Source: an uncultured Lachnospiraceae bacterium (lineage in GTDB: Bacteria > Bacillota > Clostridia > Lachnospirales > Lachnospiraceae). Taken from it: DNA of 41,405 bases. A program made the position numbers and the translations under genes. Below the pieces are notes generated by a model, which saw only the letters and a list, made by a program, of their open reading frames with translations, did not search any database and had not been told where the DNA came from. How positions within the stretch are numbered: position 1 is the first letter of the stretch; every line of letters begins with the position of its first letter. The DNA lies in the NCBI GenBank assembly GCA_964468385.1, contig CAYXUB010000001.1:1-41405 (forward strand), written 5' to 3'. Positions 26,782 through 37,062 of this stretch are shown piece after piece.

Positions 26782-27696
26782 ATGAATATAATGGACGGAA
26801 ATAAAAAATCCGGATTTGTCGCGCTAATAGGGCGTCCGAACGTCGGAAAATCTACTCTTATGAACCGCATTATAGGTCAGAAGGTGGCGATTACGTCTAG
26901 GAAGCCCCAGACAACCCGAAACAGGATAAGAGGCATATATACTTGTGAAAGCGGGCAATTGGTCTTTTTAGACACGCCGGGCATACACAAGGCAAAAAAC
27001 AGGCTTGGCAGCTATATGGTCGAAGCGGCGAAAAAGTCATTGCTCGAAGCCGATGCGGTGCTTTGGCTTGTAGAAGCGGGCTCCGATCCCGGTGAAGGTG
27101 ACAGACAGATAGCAAAGCTTTTGGTGGATTCTCGTGTGCCGTCTATTCTTGTCGTAAACAAATGCGACAGGATAAAAAAGGATTTGGTAGCCGATACGCT
27201 GGAACGCTATGAGACTCTCGGCGAATTCAAGGACGTCTTTGCGGTATCTGCAAAGCATGGCACCAATGTGGGGCAGCTTTTGGACGCCTTGTTTGCATAT
27301 ATGCCCTATGGCCCTATGTATTATGATGAGTATGCCGTCACGGATCAGAGCGTGCGTCAGATCGCGGCGGAGATAATAAGGGAAAAGGCTTTGAGACTGC
27401 TCGGCGAGGAGGTGCCGCACGGGATCGCAGTAACGATAGAAAAGATGCAAAAACGCAGCGGCAGGGGTATTACCGATGTCGAAGCGATAATAATATGCGA
27501 AAAGGCTTCTCATAAGGGAATGATAATAGGTAAAAACGGCTCCATGCTTAAACAAATAGGAAGTGATGCGAGAGCCGATATCGAAGATATGGTGCAGAGC
27601 AGGGTGAATCTGCAGCTTTGGGTCAAGCTGCGCAAGGAATGGCGAGACAGCAATACTCTGCTTAAAAACTACGGCTATGACAAAAGTGAGCTTTGA
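26782..27696 (+). CDS. era: GTPase Era
   Basis: 304 aa. GRPNVGKST, DTPG and NKCD G-motifs plus a C-terminal KH domain. Confidence 0.97.
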   Translation: MNIMDGNKKSGFVALIGRPNVGKSTLMNRIIGQKVAITSRKPQTTRNRIRGIYTCESGQLVFLDTPGIHKAKNRLGSYMVEAAKKSLLEADAVLWLVEAGSDPGEGDRQIAKLLVDSRVPSILVVNKCDRIKKDLVADTLERYETLGEFKDVFAVSAKHGTNVGQLLDALFAYMPYGPMYYDEYAVTDQSVRQIAAEIIREKALRLLGEEVPHGIAVTIEKMQKRSGRGITDVEAIIICEKASHKGMIIGKNGSMLKQIGSDARADIEDMVQSRVNLQLWVKLRKEWRDSNTLLKNYGYDKSEL

Positions 27697-27699
27697 TGT

Positions 27700-28359
27700 A
27701 TGAGCGATATCATCAAGATCAGGGGAACCGTTCTTTCAACTTTTCCTATAGGAGAAACTGATAAGCGGGCAGTGATTGAGAGCTGTGAGCTTGGTAAGAT
27801 CACGGCTTTTATAAGAGGTTGCCGCAGAGCTGCAAGTCCTTTGCAGGCCGCGGCTAATCCTTTTGTCACCGGCGTTTTCGGAGTCGTTGAAGGAAGCGGT
27901 GCGTACCGAGTCGTAGAGGCATCTGTAAAGGAATATTTCAGAGACTTAACTTGCTTGCAGCCCGGGGTTTACGCGGGGTTTTATTTTTTAGACATGGTCG
28001 ATTTTTACGGCAGGGAGGGCATAGACGGAACGGAGATGCTCAATCTTCTCTATATGTCTCTCAAGGCTCTGCTAAATAAAAATATTGAGGATTCCCTTGT
28101 TAGAAGGGTATTTGAGCTTCGGCTTTTATATATGAACGGGGATTATGCTCCGGATGAGGGAAGACTCGAAAAAAACATATATTCGCTTTGCCGTTTTATA
28201 ACGGGCTCGCCGTTGGACAAGCTATATAGCTTTAAGCTTACGGACGAGGCTTTTTCGGCCTTAAAAAAAGAGTGTAAAAGAGCCCTTGGGAGGGTTGTTG
28301 ATAAGGAGATAAAGAGCAGGAGTATAATGGAAGCCATGTATGGTAATATTATGAATTAG
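27700..28359 (+). CDS. recO: DNA repair protein RecO
   Basis: 219 aa. OB-fold N-terminus ([31 protein letters not shown]). It holds the conserved position after era. Confidence 0.88.
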   Translation: MSDIIKIRGTVLSTFPIGETDKRAVIESCELGKITAFIRGCRRAASPLQAAANPFVTGVFGVVEGSGAYRVVEASVKEYFRDLTCLQPGVYAGFYFLDMVDFYGREGIDGTEMLNLLYMSLKALLNKNIEDSLVRRVFELRLLYMNGDYAPDEGRLEKNIYSLCRFITGSPLDKLYSFKLTDEAFSALKKECKRALGRVVDKEIKSRSIMEAMYGNIMN

Positions 28360-28376
28360 TAGAAAGGATGAAGCTC

Positions 28377-29306
28377 ATGTCTAAGATTTATGACTCGGCG
28401 GCGCAGCTTATAGGTAATACGCCGCTTCTTAAGCTTAACAATATCATGAAAGAAGAGAAGCTTGAAGCAAACCTGATCGCGAAGCTTGAGTATTTTAATC
28501 CGGCTGGTTCGATAAAGGACAGGGTTGCCGCAAAGCTAATAGAAGAGGCGGAAAAACGCGGAGAGCTAAAGGAGGGCGCTGTCATAATAGAGCCCACGAG
28601 TGGTAACACCGGTATAGGTCTTGCAGCGGTAGCTGCCGCGAAGGGATACAAGGCGGTCATAGTCATGCCCGAAACGATGTCGGAAGAACGCAGGATTATC
28701 ATAAAAGCTCTTGGAGCCGAGCTTGTGCTTTCAGACGGATCTAAAGGCATGAAAGGAGCGATTGAAAAAGCAAAAGAGATAGCGCAGGATACACCCGGCA
28801 GTTTTACGGCGGGTCAGTTCGTCAATCCCGACAATGTAAAAGCACATTATGAGTCTACGGGGCCTGAGATATGGGCGGATACCGAAGGAAGAATAGATAT
28901 TTTGGTAGCGGGAGTAGGTACCGGAGGCACAATAAGCGGCGTCGGTAAGTTTTTAAAGGAGAAGAAGCCGGACATAGAGATAGTTGCCGTGGAGCCTGCT
29001 TCTTCGCCTGTTCTTTCAAAGGGAGAGGCGGGTATGCATAAGATTCAAGGTATAGGTGCCGGCTTTGTCCCTGAAATATTGGACGTGGATATATATGATA
29101 GGATTATACCTGTTTCAAATGATGATGCCTTTGCATATGGGAGGCTGGTAGGCAGGAAGGAGGGTATATTGGCAGGCATATCATCAGGTGCGGCCTTAAA
29201 AGCAGCCGTTGAGCTTGCCAAAGAGCCTTGCAACAGAGGCAAAAACATTGTTATCATCTTCCCGGACACCGGAGACAGATATCTTTCTACTGAGATGTTT
29301 GGCTAA
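28377..29306 (+). CDS. cysK: Cysteine synthase A (O-acetylserine sulfhydrylase)
   Basis: GNTPL...NPAGSIKDR (PLP lysine) and [10 protein letters not shown] motifs. Start taken at MSKIY, 8 nt after AAAGGA. The in-frame ATG at 28368 is the alternative. Confidence 0.93.
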   Translation: MSKIYDSAAQLIGNTPLLKLNNIMKEEKLEANLIAKLEYFNPAGSIKDRVAAKLIEEAEKRGELKEGAVIIEPTSGNTGIGLAAVAAAKGYKAVIVMPETMSEERRIIIKALGAELVLSDGSKGMKGAIEKAKEIAQDTPGSFTAGQFVNPDNVKAHYESTGPEIWADTEGRIDILVAGVGTGGTISGVGKFLKEKKPDIEIVAVEPASSPVLSKGEAGMHKIQGIGAGFVPEILDVDIYDRIIPVSNDDAFAYGRLVGRKEGILAGISSGAALKAAVELAKEPCNRGKNIVIIFPDTGDRYLSTEMFG

Positions 29307-29403
29307 GATTTTCGTATGAACCCGGGTCTTGCGGTCATAGAGGATGAATGCTATTATTATACATTGTAGCTAAAAAAATCGGGTTCAATATGAGGATTTT
29401 GTT

Positions 29404-30450
29404 TTGAAAAGCAGCCGTACAAAACTGTTCAGCATAGTTTTTCTTCTGGTACTTATCGTACTTACGCTGATAGCTGTTTTTAACGGACATGATATAAGCG
29501 AGATAATATCGGCGATGAGAAGCGCCGATATATCATATCTCATATTAGCTGTAATGTGTGTCTTGGCCTTTTTGGTCGGACAGGGCCTTATATTCAGATT
29601 TGTGTTTTTTGTGATCGGGCAAAGAACAGGGCTTGCAAAGTGCATAGGATATTCTTTCAAAGGGTATTTCTTTTGTGACGTATCACCCTATGCTGTCGCG
29701 GGACCTCCTGCACAGATAGTATACATGAAAAACGACAATGTGCCCGTACCGGTCGCCTCCATGGTAGTCTTAATAGTTGCTACCGGATATAAATTTGTGC
29801 TTGTCATCCTCGGTTTTGCCCTTATATTGTTCGGGCAGGGTTTTTTGGCGCAATACGTAAGCCCGGCAATAGTGATGTTTGGGCTCGGGCTTTTTTTAAC
29901 ATGTGGCTTTTGCTTTATACTTTTTATGTTTATGTTTCATCCCAGACTTGCGAAAAAAGCTATCTTTAAGTTTTTTAGATGGTTTGAGCGTAGAGGTATT
30001 ATGAAACATAAATACGGAAGAGAAGAGGCGATAGAAGCTGGGATGTCCAGATTCACACAGACTGCGGATTTTCTGCGTTCCCATTATGGAGCGATGTTTA
30101 TATTGCTGCTGCTGACTATGGGTCAACGTTTTTGTCAGTTTGCCGTAACATATTGTGTTTACAAGGCCCTGGGGCTTTCCGGAGAATCTATATTTACGAT
30201 AGTGCTCTTGCAGGCTACGATTTCGATATGTGTCGACATGCTGCCCTTACCGGGAGGTGTCGGTCTCAGCGAGGCCTTGTTTAATGTTTTGTTTAAGCGT
30301 ACTTTTACTTCGGGCACTTTATTCCCTGCTGTTATACTGAGCAGGGGTATAAGTTATTACGCGGAACTTATCTTGTGTGCAGGCTATATTTTTGTTTCTC
30401 ATTTTGTGTCGAAGGTAAGAAGAGAGAGGATAGATGCAGGCAAAACGTAA
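29404..30450 (+). CDS. UPF0104 / lysyl-PG-synthase-TM-like (flippase-like) integral membrane protein
   Basis: 348 aa with about 8 TM helices. TTG start 8 nt after GAGGA. The overall pattern matches the flippase-like domain family. Confidence 0.75.
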   Translation: MKSSRTKLFSIVFLLVLIVLTLIAVFNGHDISEIISAMRSADISYLILAVMCVLAFLVGQGLIFRFVFFVIGQRTGLAKCIGYSFKGYFFCDVSPYAVAGPPAQIVYMKNDNVPVPVASMVVLIVATGYKFVLVILGFALILFGQGFLAQYVSPAIVMFGLGLFLTCGFCFILFMFMFHPRLAKKAIFKFFRWFERRGIMKHKYGREEAIEAGMSRFTQTADFLRSHYGAMFILLLLTMGQRFCQFAVTYCVYKALGLSGESIFTIVLLQATISICVDMLPLPGGVGLSEALFNVLFKRTFTSGTLFPAVILSRGISYYAELILCAGYIFVSHFVSKVRRERIDAGKT

Positions 30451-31060
30451 TTATCAAAAAGAGCTGGAAAAGACGATAGGAGAGATAGAAGAACAGAACA
30501 GCGGACGAAGACTGCTTCTCCACGTCTGCTGCGCTCCCTGTTCAAGTTATTGTCTGGATTATCTTTCAAAACATTTCGATATTACTGCTTTTTATTACAA
30601 TCCAAATATTTCCCCGCAAAGTGAATATGAACTTAGAATCGTCGAATTAAAGAGGCTGATTCAAGAGATGCCGCTTGAGCGTAAAGCTTGCGTTATAAGC
30701 GGTGAGTACGAGCCTGAGGCCTTTTACGCCGCCGTAAAAGGCTTTGAAGATGAGCCCGAGGGAGGCTTAAGATGTGAAAAATGCTTTGAATTACGACTTG
30801 AAAAAACGGCTCAACTGGCAAAAAAAGAGAAATTTGACTATTTTACCACCACATTGTCTATAAGCCCCTTGAAATCAGCCGATAAATTGAATAATATCGG
30901 AGAGAGGCTTGCAAAAAAATACGGACTGTTCTATCTTACGTCTGATTTTAAAAAGCGAGGCGGATATCAGCGTTCGATCGAACTTTCAAAGCTTTACGGA
31001 CTATACAGACAGGATTATTGCGGCTGTATATTCTCTAAAAAAGAGATTGCAAAGGAGTAA
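30434..31060 (+). CDS. queH: Epoxyqueuosine reductase QueH (DUF208)
   Basis: 208 aa. LLLHVCCAPCSSY and the C-terminal DYCGC motifs characteristic of QueH. Overlaps the upstream gene by 17 nt. Confidence 0.88.
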   Translation: MQAKRNYQKELEKTIGEIEEQNSGRRLLLHVCCAPCSSYCLDYLSKHFDITAFYYNPNISPQSEYELRIVELKRLIQEMPLERKACVISGEYEPEAFYAAVKGFEDEPEGGLRCEKCFELRLEKTAQLAKKEKFDYFTTTLSISPLKSADKLNNIGERLAKKYGLFYLTSDFKKRGGYQRSIELSKLYGLYRQDYCGCIFSKKEIAKE

Positions 31061-31065
31061 AACGC

Positions 31066-32451
31066 ATGGCTCAGCTTTGGGGCGGTAGATTCCAAAAAGA
31101 AACAGATAAAGAGGTTTTTGAATTCAACGAATCGCTTTCGTTTGATAAGAGGCTTTACAGCCAAGACATATGCGGCAGTAAAGCTCATGCGGCTATGCTT
31201 GCGGCACAGGGGATAATAAGCAAGGAAGAGGGCGAAGCCATCATTAAAGGGCTTGACGCTATACTTGAGGATTTAAAATGCGGCAGTCTTAAGTTTTTGG
31301 AGGGCTATGAGGACATACATAGTTTTATTGAGGCTAAGCTTATAGAGCGCATAGGAGAGCCCGCAAAAAAACTTCATACCGGCAGGAGCAGAAACGATCA
31401 AGTTGCCCTTGACATGAAGCTCTATATCAGAGACGAGATAGATGAAATTGACTTGGAGACGCTCTCGCTTATGGAGACGATCGAAGATATAATGGAAAAT
31501 AACATTCATACATATATGCCGGGATTTACTCATTTACAAAAAGCCCAGCCTGTTACGCTCGCTCATCATATGGGAGCTTATTTCGAAATGTTCAAAAGAG
31601 ACAGAGGCAGACTGTATGATATCAAGAAGAGGCTGAACACTTGTCCTCTTGGGAGCGGAGCGCTCGCCGGAACGACCTATGAGCTTGACAGGAAAATGAC
31701 GGCTGAGCTTTTGGGTTTTGACGCACCCAGTTCAAACAGCATGGATTCGGTATCCGACAGAGACTACATTATAGAGCTTTTGAGTGCGCTTTCGACAATA
31801 ATGATGCATTTGAGCCGCTTCTGTGAGGAAGTGATAATATGGAACAGCGATGAATACCGTTTTATTGAGCTTGACGACGCTTATAGCACCGGCAGTTCTA
31901 TAATGCCTCAGAAGAAAAATCCTGACATAGCCGAGCTTGTGCGTGGTAAGACAGGCAGGGTGTACGGAGCATTAGTTTCGATACTTACGCTGATGAAGGG
32001 CATTCCTCTTGCATACAACAAAGATATGCAAGAAGATAAAGAGATGACCTTTGACGCTATAGATACGACAATATCATGTCTGCGTCTTTTTAACGGGATG
32101 TTAAAGACCGCTAGGTTCAACGTAGAGATAATGGAACGCTCAGCCAAAAACGGCTTTACAAATGCGACGGATCTTGCGGATTATCTGGTATCAAAAGGGA
32201 TCCCGTTTCGCGATGCACACGGCATTTCCGGAAGGCTTGTGCTTTATTGTATAGATAAAAAATGCTCATTAGATGAGTTGTCGCTAGAGGAGTTTAAAAG
32301 CTTTTGCGATAAGATAGAAGCGGACATCTATGAGGCAATAAATATGGAAGCCTGCGTCGAGAGACGAAACACGGACGGAGGAGCCGGAAGCGAAGCTTTG
32401 AGTCGCGAGATTGAAGCTAACAGAGAATATTTAAAGGATAGCAAAGCATAA
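31066..32451 (+). CDS. argH: Argininosuccinate lyase
   Basis: 461 aa. LWGGRF N-terminus and the fumarate-lyase signature GSSIMPQKKNPD. Confidence 0.97.
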   Translation: MAQLWGGRFQKETDKEVFEFNESLSFDKRLYSQDICGSKAHAAMLAAQGIISKEEGEAIIKGLDAILEDLKCGSLKFLEGYEDIHSFIEAKLIERIGEPAKKLHTGRSRNDQVALDMKLYIRDEIDEIDLETLSLMETIEDIMENNIHTYMPGFTHLQKAQPVTLAHHMGAYFEMFKRDRGRLYDIKKRLNTCPLGSGALAGTTYELDRKMTAELLGFDAPSSNSMDSVSDRDYIIELLSALSTIMMHLSRFCEEVIIWNSDEYRFIELDDAYSTGSSIMPQKKNPDIAELVRGKTGRVYGALVSILTLMKGIPLAYNKDMQEDKEMTFDAIDTTISCLRLFNGMLKTARFNVEIMERSAKNGFTNATDLADYLVSKGIPFRDAHGISGRLVLYCIDKKCSLDELSLEEFKSFCDKIEADIYEAINMEACVERRNTDGGAGSEALSREIEANREYLKDSKA

Positions 32452-32463
32452 AGGAGGGGTATC

Positions 32464-33549
32464 ATGGAAAAAAAATTAAAGGTTGGAGTACTCGGAGCAA
32501 CCGGAATGGTCGGTCAAAGATTTATATCGCTGTTGGAAGGACACCCTTGGTTTGAGGTCAGCACTTTAGCTGCCAGTGCAAGGAGCGCAGGGAAAACCTA
32601 TGAGGAGGCCGTAGGCGGAAAATGGAAGCTGCAAAGTCCTATGCCCGAATCCGTAAAAAACTTAAAGATACTCAATGTTTCGGATATTGAAAAGGTTACT
32701 TCCGAGGTGGATTTTGTCTTTTCTGCCGTCGATATGACGAAAGATGAGATAAGGGAAATAGAAGAGAAGTATGCTAAGACGGAGACACCTGTTGTTTCCA
32801 ATAACAGCGCTCATCGTTGGACTCCCGATGTTCCCATGGTGATCCCTGAGATAAACTCCTCGCATTTTGAGGTTATAAAATATCAAAAACAAAGGCTTGG
32901 TACAAAAAAAGGCTTTATTGCCGTTAAGCCTAACTGCTCTATACAGAGCTATGCTCCGGTATTGAATGCATGGATGGAGTTCGAGCCTTATGAGGTTGTC
33001 GCGACTACATATCAGGCTATATCGGGAGCGGGGAAGACTTTTGCCGACTGGCCTGAAATGGTAGAAAATATTATTCCATATATAGGAGGCGAGGAGGAAA
33101 AGAGCGAGCAAGAACCGCTGCGCATATGGGGCAAGATAGAAAACGGCGTTATCGTAAAGGCACAGGAGCCGAAAATCACCTGTCAGTGTTTAAGGGTTCC
33201 GGTGCTAAATGGGCATACCGCGGCTGTTTTTGTCAAATTCCGCAAAAAAGCAATGAAGCAGCAGCTTATCGATGCTATGGTTAATTTCAAAGGCCTGCCT
33301 CAGGAATATGCATTGCCCAGTGCTCCGAAGCAGTTTATCCAATATCTCGAAGATGATGACCGTCCTCAGACGAAGGCCGATGTCGATTTTGAAAACGGTA
33401 TGGGGGTATCGGTCGGAAGGCTCCGTGAGGACAGCATTTATGACTGGAAATTTATTGGGCTCTCTCATAATACGGTAAGGGGGGCTGCCGGAGGTGCGAT
33501 ACTGAGCGCCGAGGCGCTTACCGCGTTAAAATATATAGAGGCGAAATAA
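32464..33549 (+). CDS. asd: Aspartate-semialdehyde dehydrogenase
   Basis: 361 aa. GATGMVGQ NAD(P) motif, active-site PNCS, and a histidine within HNTVRGAAG. Confidence 0.95.
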   Translation: MEKKLKVGVLGATGMVGQRFISLLEGHPWFEVSTLAASARSAGKTYEEAVGGKWKLQSPMPESVKNLKILNVSDIEKVTSEVDFVFSAVDMTKDEIREIEEKYAKTETPVVSNNSAHRWTPDVPMVIPEINSSHFEVIKYQKQRLGTKKGFIAVKPNCSIQSYAPVLNAWMEFEPYEVVATTYQAISGAGKTFADWPEMVENIIPYIGGEEEKSEQEPLRIWGKIENGVIVKAQEPKITCQCLRVPVLNGHTAAVFVKFRKKAMKQQLIDAMVNFKGLPQEYALPSAPKQFIQYLEDDDRPQTKADVDFENGMGVSVGRLREDSIYDWKFIGLSHNTVRGAAGGAILSAEALTALKYIEAK

Positions 33550-33551
33550 TA

Positions 33552-35516
33552 TTGGGAAAAGTTTTATTTATTGCCGAAAAGCCGAGCGTAGCTCGTGAGT
33601 TCGCATCGGCTCTCAAGGAAAAGGCAGTATCTAAGGATGGCTATATGGAGTCCGACAGCTATGTTATTACATGGTGTGTCGGACATCTTGTTACAATGAG
33701 CTATCCGGACGCATACGATGAAAAATATAAGAAGTGGTCTCTTGACACTTTGCCTTTTATTCCTAAAGAATTCAAATACGAAGTCATACCGGGCGTAAAA
33801 AAACAGTTTGAGATAGTAAAGAGACTGTTGAATCGCAAGGATATCGAGACAATTTATGTATGCACCGACTCAGGACGGGAGGGAGAATACATATATCGTC
33901 TTGTCGAAATGATGGCGCAGGTTAAGGGGAAAAAACGTAAACGCGTCTGGATAGATTCTCAGACCGAGGAGGAAATTCTGCGCGGTATCAGGGAGGCAAA
34001 GGACTTAGGCGAATACGACAATCTTTCGGAATCCGCTTTTCTGCGCGCGAAGGAAGACTATCTTATGGGCATAAATTTCTCACGTGCGCTTTCGCTCAAA
34101 TACGCCTATGCGGCTGCGGATTTTCTTGGAGAGAAATATCGTGCCATTGCGGTCGGACGCGTTATGACCTGTATACTTGGAATGGTCGTCAAAAGAGAAA
34201 GAGAGATCAGGAATTTTGAAAAGGTCGTATATTATAAGATCAATGCTGATTTATCCACAAAGGAAGGAAGTTTAAAAACCGAATGGAAGGCCGTTGACGG
34301 AAGCAATTATTTTGCTTCGCCGTTGCTATATAAGGACAATGGTTTCCTGAAAAAAGAAGAGGCAGAGTGTTTTATAGAAAAGCTGAAAGAAACGCTGCCG
34401 TTTCAGGCGCGCGTCGTCTCCGTGTCCAATAAAAAGGAGACGAAGAATGCGCCTATGCTTTTCAATCTGGCGGAACTTCAAAACGAATGCTCGAGACGAT
34501 TTAAGATATCTCCCGATGAAACGCTGAAGATAGCACAGGAACTCTATGAAAAAAAGCTGTGCACATATCCGAGGACGGACGCGAGGGTGTTATCAAGCGC
34601 GGTCGCGAAACAGATAGAAAAGAATTTAAACGGGCTTAAGAAAGCCTCTCGTTTTGCCGGCTTTGTAGACGAAATATTTAGCTTAGGCTCATATAGTACG
34701 ATAGGAAGGACGAAGTATACGAACGATGCCCAGATAACAGATCACTATGCTATAATACCTACCGGACAGGGCGCCGCGGCCGTAGAGAGGCTTCCAAAAC
34801 TAAGCGCTGATATATACGAGCTTATTGTCAGACGGTTTTTGAGTATTTTCTATCCGCCGGCCGTTTATAAAAAGACGGCTATTAGAGCAGATATAGGCAA
34901 TGAAGCTTTTTTTGCGAATTTCAAAACCCTGACCGAGGAGGGTTATCTGAAAATCTCGGGATTTTCTTCAGTCGTAAATGATAAAGAAGAAAAGCTGATA
35001 GCTCCAAAGTTAAAAAAAGGTGATATACTGCCTATAGAGGGATTTGAGATTAAAGAAGGTGAGACCACTCCACCGAAACGATATACTTCAGGTTCCATGA
35101 TACTTGCGATGGAGAATGCAGGGCAGTTAATAGAAGATGAAAGCCTAAGGGCGCAGATAAAGGGAAGCGGGATAGGAACTTCGGCAACACGTGCCGAGAT
35201 AATAAGAAAACTCATTTCGATATCCTACCTGAATCTGAATAAAAAGACGCAAGTCATAAACCCTACGCAGTTTGGAGAGATGGTCGCCGACGTTGTCGAA
35301 GCTTCGATAAAGCCTCTTTTGAATCCTGAGCTTACCGCAAGCTGGGAAAAGGGTCTGACCTATGTTGCGAACGGAGAGGTCAGTCCGGAGGAATACATGG
35401 ATAAATTAAGCGCTTTTATCACCAAATATTCCGAAAAGGTAAAAGAGCAAAATAATGTGGAGCAGCTGCGCAGGCGCTTTGAGCAGACTGCAAGTTATTA
35501 TACAAAAAGAGCTTAG
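33552..35516 (+). CDS. topB: Type IA DNA topoisomerase (topoisomerase III)
   Basis: 654 aa. TOPRIM N-terminus (LFIAEKPS, DSGREGE) and catalytic Tyr context (LCTYPRTD). No C-terminal zinc fingers. TTG start 2 nt after the asd stop. Confidence 0.9.
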   Translation: MGKVLFIAEKPSVAREFASALKEKAVSKDGYMESDSYVITWCVGHLVTMSYPDAYDEKYKKWSLDTLPFIPKEFKYEVIPGVKKQFEIVKRLLNRKDIETIYVCTDSGREGEYIYRLVEMMAQVKGKKRKRVWIDSQTEEEILRGIREAKDLGEYDNLSESAFLRAKEDYLMGINFSRALSLKYAYAAADFLGEKYRAIAVGRVMTCILGMVVKREREIRNFEKVVYYKINADLSTKEGSLKTEWKAVDGSNYFASPLLYKDNGFLKKEEAECFIEKLKETLPFQARVVSVSNKKETKNAPMLFNLAELQNECSRRFKISPDETLKIAQELYEKKLCTYPRTDARVLSSAVAKQIEKNLNGLKKASRFAGFVDEIFSLGSYSTIGRTKYTNDAQITDHYAIIPTGQGAAAVERLPKLSADIYELIVRRFLSIFYPPAVYKKTAIRADIGNEAFFANFKTLTEEGYLKISGFSSVVNDKEEKLIAPKLKKGDILPIEGFEIKEGETTPPKRYTSGSMILAMENAGQLIEDESLRAQIKGSGIGTSATRAEIIRKLISISYLNLNKKTQVINPTQFGEMVADVVEASIKPLLNPELTASWEKGLTYVANGEVSPEEYMDKLSAFITKYSEKVKEQNNVEQLRRRFEQTASYYTKRA

Positions 35517-35599
35517 TACCGTTACGCGAGCACAGAGCGAAAGAAAATTTTCTTGTTCTTCAAACATGTGGAGTAAAGTATTATTAACGGAGAATCTAT

Positions 35600-36268
35600 A
35601 TGAAATATGTTGCTGTAAATGAAATTTTTTTAGAAATGAATACGATCGCGGCTCCGCTTTTTGAAGGGAGGGCTTATCCCTGGGAGCTTCTTTCGGAAAT
35701 AAGCGAGTTTATATTAAAGAAAGGTCCTACATTGTCGGAAGATGAGTTTTACAGCCCAAAGGAGGGAGTCTGGATCGCTAAAGACAGTAATGTTTACGAC
35801 AGCGCTTTTATTTCAGCTCCCTGCATAATAGATATGGGAGCCGAGATCAGGCACTGCGCCTTTTTACGGGGAGGGGTCATAGTCGGCAAGAACGCCATTG
35901 TAGGGAATTCTACGGAGATCAAAAACTCTATCCTTTTCGATAGGGTACAGGCTCCGCACTATAACTATATAGGCGATTCTATACTCGGATACAAGGCACA
36001 TATGGGTGCCGGATCCATCACCTCAAATGTCAAAGCGGATAAGCTTCCCGTTTTAGTCAAAGCGGAGGGTGAGTTTATAGAGACCGGAAGGAAAAAGATA
36101 GGGGCGATGATAGGAGACGGGGCAGAGATAGGCTGCGGGAGTATATTAAATCCCGGCAGTGTGGTCGGGCCTTATACCAATATATATCCGCTCTCTAGTG
36201 TTCGCGGCGTAGTGCCTCCGAATAGTATATATAAAAAAGAAAGTGAAATAATAAAGAAGAGGCCCTGA
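35600..36268 (+). CDS. Left-handed beta-helix (hexapeptide-repeat) protein, GlmU C-terminal-like transferase
   Basis: 222 aa. Repeated [LIV]-G-x-x-x-x hexapeptides from about residue 75 (IRHCAFLRGGVIVGKNAIVGNSTEIKNSILF...IGDSILG...MGAGS). Confidence 0.75.
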   Translation: MKYVAVNEIFLEMNTIAAPLFEGRAYPWELLSEISEFILKKGPTLSEDEFYSPKEGVWIAKDSNVYDSAFISAPCIIDMGAEIRHCAFLRGGVIVGKNAIVGNSTEIKNSILFDRVQAPHYNYIGDSILGYKAHMGAGSITSNVKADKLPVLVKAEGEFIETGRKKIGAMIGDGAEIGCGSILNPGSVVGPYTNIYPLSSVRGVVPPNSIYKKESEIIKKRP

Positions 36269-36297
36269 AAGATAAAAGCCTTGATAACGGAAAAGAT

Positions 36298-37038
36298 ATG
36301 AAAATATATTGCAGTTTTTCCGGCGTGTATGCGGATAGACGCCTAAAAGAGGACGAGCGGATTGTTCCGCTTGAGGATATAGAAGGGACGAACGGTTATT
36401 GCAGCCTTGAGGCGGCAAAAGAGATAGAAAGACGGCTGGACGGTTTCGAACCCGTGGGGATACACTTCATCGATAACGGGAACTACCATTACGCAAGCGC
36501 TTTCTGGATAAGAAAGATAGAAGAGCCCTTTTCCCTTATTGTATTCGACAGGCATACGGATATGCAAAGCTCTTCTCTAATACCGGCGCTTTCCTGCGGA
36601 AACTGGATAGCCGAGTTGCAAAAGGACTGTTCTTTGCCGCTGAAAAAGACGCTGATCATCGGTCCTCCTAAGATAGACATAGAGTTGGCAGCAGAAGCTT
36701 GTTCCGATAATACCTTATTTATTTCTATGGAAGAAGCGAATATAGAAAAGCCGCAAGTTTGTAAAGCCATAGAAAAGATAATAAGTAAGGATTATCCTAT
36801 ATATATTTCTATCGACAAGGATGTTCTTTCCGAAACAGAGATAAAGGTGAACTGGGAGCAAGGTGAAATGAATATAGAAACTCTTGAAACGGCTTTGCGT
36901 TATATTTGCGAAAACTATGATGTTATAGGAATAGATGTCTGTGGTGAGGCTGAGCCGCATTCCTTTGTCTCGTCTTCTTGTAAAAAAAGCGAGCTCAGGC
37001 TTTACGATATAATATCAAGCCTGAACACCCGCAAATAG
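36298..37038 (+). CDS. Small arginase/ureohydrolase-fold protein
   Basis: 246 aa. DxHxD-type motif (FDRHTDM), SxDxD motif (YISIDKDVL) and GIDVCGE, spaced as in the arginase family. The GGDHS box is replaced by GNYHY. Confidence 0.65.
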   Translation: MKIYCSFSGVYADRRLKEDERIVPLEDIEGTNGYCSLEAAKEIERRLDGFEPVGIHFIDNGNYHYASAFWIRKIEEPFSLIVFDRHTDMQSSSLIPALSCGNWIAELQKDCSLPLKKTLIIGPPKIDIELAAEACSDNTLFISMEEANIEKPQVCKAIEKIISKDYPIYISIDKDVLSETEIKVNWEQGEMNIETLETALRYICENYDVIGIDVCGEAEPHSFVSSSCKKSELRLYDIISSLNTRK

Positions 37039-37062
37039 CTGTTTGGCGCTTTCACGTCTTGT

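Noticed and set aside
29320-29327. The palindrome ACCCGGGT after cysK.
   Set aside because: It is only 8 bp, has no loop and is not followed by a U-tract. This is expected by chance in 41 kb.
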